64,000 bases of DNA from an uncultured delta proteobacterium (GTDB taxonomy: Bacteria; Myxococcota_A; Polyangia; Polyangiales; Polyangiaceae). The translations under genes were made by a program, and so were the position numbers. Where the stretch lies: assembly GCA_963696385.1 (NCBI GenBank), contig CAVOKF010000006.1, positions 288,001-352,000 of the forward strand, in the 5' to 3' direction. Of the stretch, positions 48,643-57,284 are shown piece after piece. The notes beneath the pieces were generated by a model that saw nothing but the letters and a program-made list of their open reading frames with translations, searched no databases and was not told where the DNA came from. How positions within the stretch are numbered: position 1 is the first letter of the stretch; every line of letters begins with the position of its first letter.

Positions 48643-50961
48643 ATGCGTTCATTCACTTCCTGGCAGGGCTGGTTGACCGCGAGCACCCTGGTGGGCTGCA
48701 CGCTCGGCGCGAACGTCGCCGGATGCGGCGGCAATTCGGAGGGCTCGGGCCCGGCGGAAGACTCCGGCTCCACGAGTTCTTCGTCGTCCACGAGTTCCTC
48801 GTCGTCCACGAGTTCCTCGTCGTCCACGAGTTCTTCGTCGTCCACGAGTTCCTCGTCGTCCACCAGTTCCTCGTCGTCCACGAGTTCCTCGTCGAGCTCC
48901 AGCAGCGGTTCCAACGGGGACTCCGGCGCGGACACCGGCTCGACGGCGGACGCCGGAGTCGATTCGGCGGCCGACGGCAGCGTGGGGGAGGCCGATTCGG
49001 GGCCCGACTCGACGGTGGGCGATTCGGGGCCCGACTCCACGGTGGGCACCGGAGGCGATTCGGGGCCCGACTCGAGCGCAGACGCCGCGGGGAGGGACGC
49101 GGGGCCCGACTCGAGCGCGGACGCCGGCGACGGTGCCGTACCCTGCACCAACGGAAGTGCTTGCTCGATCAACAACCTCAACGGTGTCTGCGTCGCCGGT
49201 GCTTGCGCGCCGTGCGACAGCGCCGACGGTGGCGCGACGAGCCTCGGCTCCGACACGGCCTGTACCACGGCCTACGGGGGCGCCACGCGACCCTACGTGT
49301 GCATCGCTGGTTCGTGTGCGGAGGGCAACTGCACGGCGGACTCGGCCTGTGCCGCTCCGACGCCCACGTGCGGCTTCGCGACTCCGAACTTCTGCGGTGG
49401 GTGCACGAGCGACGGGCAGTGCTCAAGCTCACAGATTTGCGTCACGGCCACCGGGTCCACGCAAGGCTCCTGTGTCTTGGCGAGTGCCGGGGGCTGCACC
49501 ACCAACCAGAGCAATGCGGTCTGTCCGGACAACGCCGCCGACGAATGCTGCGCCGGAACGTGCAGCCCCGGCAACTGCTGCATCGCCGCGGGCGTCCCCA
49601 CGGGGTGCACGGGCCAGGCAAGCGTGACCTGCAAGCCGGACGCACCCAGTGAGCAGAACGGCGGCGGCATCTGCACCGCGTGTGCTGCCGTGACCGGCGC
49701 GGCCCCGGTCTACTACGTCGATCCCGTTCATGGCAGCGACGTGCAGGGCACGGGCAACAATTCCGTATCCGAGGCCTGCGCCTTCCAGACCGTGACGCGA
49801 GCGCTCCAGGTCATCGGAACGACTCCGCTGGCGAACACGACGATTGACATCGTCGGCGGAACGACGGACGCGGGCGTCGTCACGGTCACAGGCGTCGCGG
49901 CCGGAACACCCGGCCCGGGGCAGGAGCTCTTCCCGCTCACTCTTCGCGCGAGCATCACCGTCACGAACTCGGCAGGCCCGGTCACCATCGAGGTCCCGGC
50001 GAGAGCGGGCGGAGGTCCAACGACCGGCTTCGTGCTCACAGGCGCTTCGTCGGCCATCGTCGGTGGTTCGGCCGGCGCACTGGTCGTCGATGGACAGGCG
50101 CAGGCGGCCTCGGTCGGGGTCCTCGTTCAGACCCCGGGAGCTTCCTTGACCGACGTGACCGTCCAGAACTTCGCCACCGTGGACGTCGAAGTGAATGGAG
50201 CCGCAACGGCAAGCGCCCTCGCGGTGGGCTCCGGCGTTCAGTGCCTGGGCGCCGGGGACGGCTTGCTCGTCACGGGCCCCGGCGCGAGCGCCACGGTCAC
50301 TCCCGGGGCAGGCGGTCATCCCATCCTCTTCAACGGGAACACGGCGCACGGGATCCGCGTCATCGGCGGCGGCATTTTGACCGTGACCGGTACCGTGGGC
50401 GCCACTCCGCCGTCGTCCAGTACGGTCGTTGCCAATGGCAACGGAATCGCGGGCATCTGGATCCAGACGGCATCGGCCACGCAGAGCGTGATCAGCGGCG
50501 TCGTTTCGACGGGAAGCACGGCGGGCAACGGCATCCGGATCATCCCGGGATCGAACGTGCAAGTTCGAAACAGTTGGCTGCTCGGCAACTCGCATGGCAA
50601 CGGCATCGACATCGAGAACAACGGTGGGGGGGTCGGGACGGTCAACACCATCGACCTCGGGACCGGAACCACGGGGGCCGCCGCCGGGGGCAACGTGCTT
50701 CAGTCCGTGTCGGGAGCCAACCCCAACGCCGGCGCCGGAATCTGCTTGACGCTTCCGGGTGCCGACACACCGGTCACCTTGATGGCGGAGGGCAACATCT
50801 TCCAAAATGAGGTGAACTGCGGAACGACGGCGGCTGCGCTGGTCACGAGGCCTGGCCTCGGATGCGCGGGCGGGGCCGATGTCGGCGGGACGATCGTGGC
50901 TACCGCAGCCGCCGCGGGCACGGGGGATAAAATCGACGTGACGATGTGCACGGTGCCCTAG
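48643..50961 (+). CDS. Large surface lipoprotein: Ser-rich stalk, Cys-rich repeats, DUF1565/parallel beta-helix domain
   Basis: Lipobox VAGC; YYVDPVHGSD...FQTVTRAL; repeated N-x-x-x-G-I beta-helix turns. Confidence 0.8.
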   Translation: MRSFTSWQGWLTASTLVGCTLGANVAGCGGNSEGSGPAEDSGSTSSSSSTSSSSSTSSSSSTSSSSSTSSSSSTSSSSSTSSSSSSSSGSNGDSGADTGSTADAGVDSAADGSVGEADSGPDSTVGDSGPDSTVGTGGDSGPDSSADAAGRDAGPDSSADAGDGAVPCTNGSACSINNLNGVCVAGACAPCDSADGGATSLGSDTACTTAYGGATRPYVCIAGSCAEGNCTADSACAAPTPTCGFATPNFCGGCTSDGQCSSSQICVTATGSTQGSCVLASAGGCTTNQSNAVCPDNAADECCAGTCSPGNCCIAAGVPTGCTGQASVTCKPDAPSEQNGGGICTACAAVTGAAPVYYVDPVHGSDVQGTGNNSVSEACAFQTVTRALQVIGTTPLANTTIDIVGGTTDAGVVTVTGVAAGTPGPGQELFPLTLRASITVTNSAGPVTIEVPARAGGGPTTGFVLTGASSAIVGGSAGALVVDGQAQAASVGVLVQTPGASLTDVTVQNFATVDVEVNGAATASALAVGSGVQCLGAGDGLLVTGPGASATVTPGAGGHPILFNGNTAHGIRVIGGGILTVTGTVGATPPSSSTVVANGNGIAGIWIQTASATQSVISGVVSTGSTAGNGIRIIPGSNVQVRNSWLLGNSHGNGIDIENNGGGVGTVNTIDLGTGTTGAAAGGNVLQSVSGANPNAGAGICLTLPGADTPVTLMAEGNIFQNEVNCGTTAAALVTRPGLGCAGGADVGGTIVATAAAAGTGDKIDVTMCTVP
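48769..48894 (+). repeat. 18-bp coding tandem repeat x7 (STSSSS)
   Basis: tccacgagttcytcgtcg units. Confidence 0.95.
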
Positions 50962-51129
50962 TCTGAAGTTCAGCCTAGTGGGTGAGGTCCGTCCCGCGGA
51001 TCCATCCGCGCTGCCCGCGCATCGCGAACCGAGCACTCGGGGCCCATTGCGCAAGAACCATTGTACTTATGGATTCGCGCGACCTGCGGAATGGACCCTA
51101 GACGCCGGCGGAGCTGCCGCGCCGCTTCG

Positions 51130-52623
51130 TCACGGCGCGGCCGGGTTCCAGTATCCGCCGTTCATCATGATGAGCGAAAGAGCCGTCCACGACTCGGTAT
51201 AGTAGGTGGTGCCGTCGAGTTCGGTCAGCGTCGCGACGCCCTTGTACGCGGCGTCGCGAAGGACCGAGAACGAGGCGTCGCTCATGGCGCCGACGCCCGC
51301 GGGGCCGACGAATGCCGCCGACTGATGGACGGTAGGGTCTGTGGGGTCGGGCGTGCCGTCGAGTGCGTATCCGTCCACGATGTTCGACGCCCCGACCTGC
51401 TGATAGAAGGCGCTGATCTTCGCGAGATACGATTTGGCGCGTGGTTCGCCGTTCCAGCATAGGTCCTGGCCGATTCGAAACGGCGTTCGGCAGGAATCGA
51501 GTTGGTAGTTGGTCGGCAGGCTCGCGTTGGGCGCCTGGGGAACTCCCGCGGGAGTGGACCACGCGGGGACGAGACCGTTCGTTGCATTCCCGTTTGCGGC
51601 ATTGAGCGACGCGGCCAATATCGTGTACGAGCTCTCGACGACTTCGTTCCAGTTGGCTTGCTGTCCTGTTGCCTGACCGAACAGGCGATAGTATGCGGGC
51701 GCAAAATACGAGATGTTGATGACCGAGGCGCCGCCGAATTGATCCCCGGGCGCGAGCGCGTACGCTCGCGTGGAATCGACCTCGAATTGCCAAATGGCGT
51801 TGATTTGCGTGACCGCGATGTCGTGGTACGTGCTCGCGAGCGACCCTTGGCCGCCCCAGCGATGGTCGGCCCACAGCAGCGCGAAGGCCATGTCCTCGTC
51901 CGCGTCCGTCGCGGCTCCGGTCCCACCCGCCGTCGGCCCGCTGCCCGTCGGATTGATCTGCCAGTTCATCAGGCCGTTGCCGTCGAGAAAGAGCTGTTCG
52001 TAGCCCCAGAGGGCGTCGAACGTCGGCTGATCGTTCATCGCGACGGCGAGGATCATTCCGTAGGCGGTGCCTTCGGAGTTCGAGGTGTCGACGGCGTTGG
52101 GGGAGTTCGGCCGGAGCACGCGAAGAAACCCGTGCGCGCCGTCCGACGTCAGCAAATCGGATTTCCACTTGGCGTAGGCCGCCTGGGCGTCGGACCACGA
52201 TGCCCCCGCGGGTGCGGTGCAATTGCCGAGGGCCTGCGCCGGATCCGCGGGCGCTGGCGCGGCGCCATCGTCTGCGGTCGCGTCGGGGGGCGTTGCCGCG
52301 GCGTCGCTGCCGCCGCCGCGTGGGGACCCGTCGGGAGCCGAGCCCTTGGGGATCGATTCGCTCGAGGTCGGAGCTGTCGACATGCCGGGGGTCGTGCCCG
52401 CGTCGATCGTCGCTCCGGCGGGCGATGTCGCCCCGCCGCTTGGGATCGCGCCCTGGGTCCCGCCGGCATCCGTGCCGGCAGGGTCATCGAGGGAAGGGGA
52501 TCCGGTGGGCGATGCCGTGCTGACACGACAGCCGGTGGCGGCGCACGGGGTCAGCGCGAATGAAAGGGACACCACGAGTACAGGGTGAAGTTCGCGCAGG
52601 TCCCCTCCAAGGCCGTGCCTCAT
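51130..52623 (-). CDS. Glycoside hydrolase family 8 lipoprotein
   Basis: SEGTAYGM, ATDADEDMAFALL, N-x-SYFAP, DSCRTPFRI. Confidence 0.9.
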   Translation of the reverse strand: MRHGLGGDLRELHPVLVVSLSFALTPCAATGCRVSTASPTGSPSLDDPAGTDAGGTQGAIPSGGATSPAGATIDAGTTPGMSTAPTSSESIPKGSAPDGSPRGGGSDAAATPPDATADDGAAPAPADPAQALGNCTAPAGASWSDAQAAYAKWKSDLLTSDGAHGFLRVLRPNSPNAVDTSNSEGTAYGMILAVAMNDQPTFDALWGYEQLFLDGNGLMNWQINPTGSGPTAGGTGAATDADEDMAFALLWADHRWGGQGSLASTYHDIAVTQINAIWQFEVDSTRAYALAPGDQFGGASVINISYFAPAYYRLFGQATGQQANWNEVVESSYTILAASLNAANGNATNGLVPAWSTPAGVPQAPNASLPTNYQLDSCRTPFRIGQDLCWNGEPRAKSYLAKISAFYQQVGASNIVDGYALDGTPDPTDPTVHQSAAFVGPAGVGAMSDASFSVLRDAAYKGVATLTELDGTTYYTESWTALSLIMMNGGYWNPAAP

Positions 52624-52960
52624 GGCCAAAACGCTAGCGCGTTCGGCCCCCGTGTCTTGCTTCTCTTCTCGCTTATCGGTTGTGCCGCAAGGCTAGGAAC
52701 GGAGCTCGCCCAGCTTCACCTACGTTTTGCGAGTGGAAACGTTACTCGTGGCTGTAATCCGAGTGAATTGCCGTTCAGCGAACCGATTGCGTCACGAACG
52801 ATTGAAGCGATTGCGGTTCACTTTTCGATCCCGCCGCGGCCGGAACGCGACCCGAGCGACCGTGCCGATTGCGCCGTACGCTCGGCCTTCGGGTGTGCGG
52901 GTGGGTGACCCGTCGGCGCCGGCTCTTTCGTGCCGACCGAAGCGGGGCTAGATCAGCGGC

Positions 52961-54721
52961 ATGACCGACGCGAAGCAGGATATCCTGGACATGCTTCGCG
53001 ATCTGGCCAAGCTCACGTTGCTCGATGAGGGGGATCCGCAGTCGTTTCGTGTGCGCGCGTACGAGAGTGCGGCGCAGGCCATCGAGGGCCAATCGGTCCG
53101 ACTCGAGAAACTGAGCGCGAAGGATCTCCAGTCGATCGACGGCATCGGCAAGAGCACCGCCGACAAGATTCGCGAACTTCTCGAGACGGGACGGGTCGAA
53201 AAGCTCGACGCCTTGCGGGCGAAGTATCCGCCGAGCGTCGTCGCCCTGCTGGACATTCAGGGGCTCGGGCCGAAGGCGGTCAAGCGGATGCGCGCCGAGC
53301 TCGGGGTGCAATCGGTCGACGATCTGCGCAACGCGGTGGCCGGTCGAAAGCTCCGCGAGCTCAAGGGATTCGGCCAAAAGTCCGAGGACAAGATCGCGCA
53401 CGCGCTCGATCGGCTCGCCGAACAGGGTTCGGTGGGCAGGACGCCCATCTCGGTCGCGCTGCCTTTGGCGACGCGGGTCGTGTCGCGTCTGCTCGAAGTT
53501 CCGGGCGTCACCCACGCGTCGTTCTGCGGATCGCTGCGTCGCTTCGCGGAGACCGTCGGCGACGTCGACATCGTCGTCGCAACGACGGACGCCGAGGCCG
53601 CGATCGAGGCCCTCGTGGGCATGAACCTCGTCGACCACGTACGGGTCCGAGGAGAAGCCAAGACGAGCGTCGTCACCCATCGAGGAACGCAGATTGACGT
53701 TCGTGTCGTCGCGCAACGGCAGCTCGGCGCCGCGCAGCTCTACTTCACGGGTTCGAAAGGGCACAACATCAAGCTACGCCAACGCGCGATGGCCCGCGGA
53801 TGGACGCTCAACGAATACGCGCTCTCCGATTCGGAAAGTGGCCGTCCGATCGCCGGCGAAACGGAGGAGCAGATCTACGCCGCTCTCGGCGTCGCGTGGA
53901 TTCCGCCGGTCCTCAGGGAAGACGCCGGCGAGATCGAGGCCGCGGAGACGGGGGCGCTCCCCCTTCCGATCGGCGAGGTCCACGGCGACTTCCACTTGCA
54001 CACCTCGCTTTCCGGCGATGCCCGGTCGAGCCTCGAGGAAATGGTCGCTGCCGCGAAGGCGCGCGGATATCGCGTGCTGGCGGTGACGGACCACGCCGAG
54101 GGGACGGTCGCCGGCGTCGGCCGCGAAGCGTTTCTCGATCAACGCGCGAAGGTTCGAGCGCTGCAGGAACAGCTCGGCGACTCGCTTCGGCTCCTGCACG
54201 GCGTCGAGCTCAACATCGGTCCCGAGGGACAGCTCGATTACGACCCGGACTTTCGGCGGGGGTTCGACTGGTGCCTGGCGTCCGTCCACGATCACTTCGA
54301 CCTCGATCGGTCCGCCCAAACGAAGCGCATCGTGATGGCGATGCAGGATCCGGCGGTGCGGATGATCGGTCACTTGTCGGCGCGGATGATTGGCGGTCGT
54401 CCGCCGATCGATTTGGATCTCGACGCCATCTTCACGGCCGCAGAGGCCACGGGCACGGCGCTCGAAGTCAATGGCGCCCTTCCGCGGCTCGACCTGTCGG
54501 TCGACGCCCTGCGCCGCGCTCGCGAACGGCGGGTCGTGCTCGTTCTGACGAGCGACGCCCATGAGGCCGTCGAGCTCGGCCGCGTGCGCTTCGCCGCGCT
54601 GAACGCCGAGCGAGCCTGGATGGCGCCGGATCGCTTTGCGAATGCTTGGCCTGCAGAACGGCTGCTCGCGTGGGTGGCCGACAAGGCACCCTTGGCCGCC
54701 GCTTCGTACAGCGCCCCGTGA
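52961..54721 (+). CDS. polX: DNA polymerase X / PHP 3'-5' exonuclease
   Basis: GSLRR...GDVDI, QIDVR, YFTGSKGHN; PHP motifs HLHT, TDH, GVE, SDAH. Confidence 0.95.
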   Translation: MTDAKQDILDMLRDLAKLTLLDEGDPQSFRVRAYESAAQAIEGQSVRLEKLSAKDLQSIDGIGKSTADKIRELLETGRVEKLDALRAKYPPSVVALLDIQGLGPKAVKRMRAELGVQSVDDLRNAVAGRKLRELKGFGQKSEDKIAHALDRLAEQGSVGRTPISVALPLATRVVSRLLEVPGVTHASFCGSLRRFAETVGDVDIVVATTDAEAAIEALVGMNLVDHVRVRGEAKTSVVTHRGTQIDVRVVAQRQLGAAQLYFTGSKGHNIKLRQRAMARGWTLNEYALSDSESGRPIAGETEEQIYAALGVAWIPPVLREDAGEIEAAETGALPLPIGEVHGDFHLHTSLSGDARSSLEEMVAAAKARGYRVLAVTDHAEGTVAGVGREAFLDQRAKVRALQEQLGDSLRLLHGVELNIGPEGQLDYDPDFRRGFDWCLASVHDHFDLDRSAQTKRIVMAMQDPAVRMIGHLSARMIGGRPPIDLDLDAIFTAAEATGTALEVNGALPRLDLSVDALRRARERRVVLVLTSDAHEAVELGRVRFAALNAERAWMAPDRFANAWPAERLLAWVADKAPLAAASYSAP

Positions 54722-54747
54722 TCCCTTTGCTCTGGGCCGGTGTACTT
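54706..54747. repeat. REP/MITE-like hairpin element, copy D (degenerate)
   Basis: gtacagcgccc-cgtgatccctttgctct-gggccggtgtactt; loop nearly identical to copy C. Confidence 0.7.
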
Positions 54748-55633
54748 AGCCATCGCCCATTCGAAAGCGGGTCGGTCGGTCGCGCAAGTCCGGCGCCGCG
54801 ACCCGCACGCACCACGCCTCGAACGGCCCCCGTGGTACGCCCGTCCACGCGAGATCCTCGAATCGCTCGGGCAGCGGTACATCGTCCATCAGCGTCGCGA
54901 GCTTGCGGTAAAGAAGCGCCTGGGGCATCTGCTCGCGCAGGATCGCAACGAGCCGGTCGGCCTGCCGGATGGGGGTCGGCCACCTCTTCGGGTCGAGCGG
55001 AATGCCCTCCAGGTGGCCGAATGCGCGCAGCAGCGTTGCGGCGGTCTTGTCGCCGAATCCGGCGAGACCCGGAATGCCGTCTGCCGAGTCTCCCACGAGA
55101 GCGAGCCAGTCCGGGACGCTGTCGGGACGGATGCCGCGCTTCTGCCAAAGGGCCGCCTCGTCGATGACGAGTCCACGAATTCGGTCCACCATGACGACTC
55201 GCTCGCCCCGAATGGCCTGCCCGAGGTCCTTGTCGGGCGTCAGCAGCCGGACTTGCGCGACGCGCCCGGACCATCGTGCCGCGGCCGTCGCCATGGCGTC
55301 GTCGGCTTCGTACCGGTCCATCGACCAGACGACCATTCCGAGCGATCGCGCGGCGTCCTCGACGAGGTCGAACTGTTCGAGCAGCTCCGAGGGCACGCCC
55401 TCGTCCGTCTTGTAGCCGTCGAACCAGTCGTTGCGAACCGACCGGATCGGGTTGTCGAACGCGACGGCGATGTGCGACACGGCTTCGTCCTCGGCCTGCA
55501 GAAGGTCGAGCATCGAGCGTGCGAACCCCACGGTCGCCTTGAGGTCACGGCCTTCGTGAACGTGGCTGGGCCTGCGAGAGAAGTGCGCGCGAAAGAGCTC
55601 GAACGTCCCGTCCACCACGTGAAGTCTCGGCAT
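54746..55633 (-). CDS. Stand-alone 5'-3' exonuclease / flap endonuclease
   Basis: VVDGT, AFD, YK, YEADD, PDKDL, ALVGDSADGIPG..GFGDKTA (H3TH). Confidence 0.92.
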   Translation of the reverse strand: MPRLHVVDGTFELFRAHFSRRPSHVHEGRDLKATVGFARSMLDLLQAEDEAVSHIAVAFDNPIRSVRNDWFDGYKTDEGVPSELLEQFDLVEDAARSLGMVVWSMDRYEADDAMATAAARWSGRVAQVRLLTPDKDLGQAIRGERVVMVDRIRGLVIDEAALWQKRGIRPDSVPDWLALVGDSADGIPGLAGFGDKTAATLLRAFGHLEGIPLDPKRWPTPIRQADRLVAILREQMPQALLYRKLATLMDDVPLPERFEDLAWTGVPRGPFEAWCVRVAAPDLRDRPTRFRMGDG

Positions 55634-55654
55634 GCGTCGGGGCAGAGCGTCGCA

Positions 55655-56122
55655 TCATCCTTCGCGACCGGCCAGGCGGACTCTCAGCTCGCGGACCCAG
55701 TGATCGATGCGGTTCATCGCCACCTCGGGGGGCCACAGGGCGACGTCTTCCACGTCCCAATATTCGACGCGGTCGGTCCAGATCGGAAAGTGCTCGAGGA
55801 GCATCGGCCGATGCTCCTGCCGGCTCATGGCCACGATGTGCGCCGCCCCCGTAAGGTCGGCGGGCTCGACGAGGCGCGGCAATCGCAGGGGCTCGTCGAG
55901 GTCGATTCCGCGCGCTTGCAGGCCGCCTCGAGCGTGCGGCGAAATGGGTCCGACATTGCCTCGACTGTGGACCCATGAGATCCCGCGCGACTGCGCGCGC
56001 CAGCCGGTCGGCTGTCGCGTCTCGAGGTGCTGCCAAAGCTCCTCGGCGAAGCGACTCCGGTAGTAGTTGCCGGTGCACAGAAAAAGAAGATGCCGTTCGG
56101 GGGCTGCTTGGACGGGCGGCAT
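55655..56122 (-). CDS. Low-molecular-weight phosphatase family protein
   Basis: LFLCTGNYYRSR P-loop; WDVED. Confidence 0.85.
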   Translation of the reverse strand: MPPVQAAPERHLLFLCTGNYYRSRFAEELWQHLETRQPTGWRAQSRGISWVHSRGNVGPISPHARGGLQARGIDLDEPLRLPRLVEPADLTGAAHIVAMSRQEHRPMLLEHFPIWTDRVEYWDVEDVALWPPEVAMNRIDHWVRELRVRLAGREG

Positions 56123-56278
56123 CGAAGATCGCCTCCACGATTACATCGCAAGAGCCGTTCCCGCGAAGGGAGATTGTGCCGCGCCCGGGGTGGCGTTCGC
56201 CCGAACTTCGAAGCGGCCCATTTCGGGCGAGCGCGTGCCGCCATCGCGGCGGTTCGGGTTAGGTGGGCGACGAGGAAG

Positions 56279-56824
56279 TCAGGTCGAGGTGCCCTGTGTC
56301 GCTTGATGGAGAATGTCCAGGGCGTTCGCGAACGCCTGCTGCACCTGGCTGGACTGCGCGCTCGATCCGCCGCCGTGGCCGTGGTGATGGTGGTGATGGG
56401 CTCCGCTGCTTGCGCCGGCCTGACCCGCGGCTTGCACCCCTTGAGCACCCAGAGCGGCTTGGACCGTCTGGGACGCCTGGGCCGATTGGGCCGATTGGGC
56501 AGGCTGAAGACTGCCGGTTTGCGCCGCCTGGTTGAACGTGTTGGCGAGGGCGGTCAGAAACTGCGCTTGAGTGCCGCTCGCCTGGTCCGCGGCATTCTGG
56601 AAGCTGGTCGCGACCTGGGCTGCAACCGCCTTGAATTCCGTCGGGTTCGTTTGCGACAGCTGCTGCATCTGGCTGAGAAACGAGGCCGGCGTCGAGATCG
56701 ACGCGGTTGCCGCGGATTGGGTGGAGGGCGGGACGACGCTCGGCGTCGTGTTGGATGAGCTGAGCCCGTCGATGCTGGTGGTGGGCGCGTACGCGAGGCT
56801 ACCGCTAAGACTGTTGATATTCAT
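56279..56824 (-). CDS. Gln/Ser/Ala-rich hypothetical protein with His tract, paralogue 2
   Basis: AGGAG RBS; aligns with 47443-47976; HHHHHHGH. Confidence 0.82.
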   Translation of the reverse strand: MNINSLSGSLAYAPTTSIDGLSSSNTTPSVVPPSTQSAATASISTPASFLSQMQQLSQTNPTEFKAVAAQVATSFQNAADQASGTQAQFLTALANTFNQAAQTGSLQPAQSAQSAQASQTVQAALGAQGVQAAGQAGASSGAHHHHHHGHGGGSSAQSSQVQQAFANALDILHQATQGTST

Positions 56825-56876
56825 TTCGCTGCTCCTGGGGGGCGCCATCACTCCACGCTTGGGTCACCCGATAGGA

Positions 56877-56903
56877 CCAACGGCGTAGACCCCCGTCTCT
56901 TGA
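56877..56903 (-). promoter_or_regulatory. Sigma28-like promoter
   Basis: TCAAG-N14-GCCGTTGG on the minus strand, about 52 bp upstream of the start. Confidence 0.55.
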
Positions 56904-57284
56904 ATGGGCGGACCGCGTGCCGGTCCGGCCCCATGAGCGATCTGTTGACCCGAAGCCGAGCGATCTCCATGCGTTGGAGGCGGCGAGAGGAGCCTTGCGG
57001 CGAGGGCGCCGGGTGCGACGGTTTCCGACGAACCGTCGGCCATCCTCGACCGGTCGCGCAGCGATGGGCGGAGTCCCATGGGGGGGCCAACGTCGGGGGT
57101 TGGAATGCGAGTCGGGTCGAATCCGACAAGGGGCTGGGCGACGGTGCCGAACGGCGGGGACAGCCGGCGGAGCGAATCCGACGGGCGCATCGAACGCCCC
57201 TGCAGGCGGGGGGGGCGGTCCGGCGCGGACCGACGATCACCGAGTGTCCCGCGGCCACGGCGAGCTGATAAGGGTGGAGCGCAC

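Noticed and set aside
52585..52908. 107-aa plus-strand ORF upstream of polX
   Set aside because: Overlaps the GH8 start, has no motif and lies in a likely divergent promoter region
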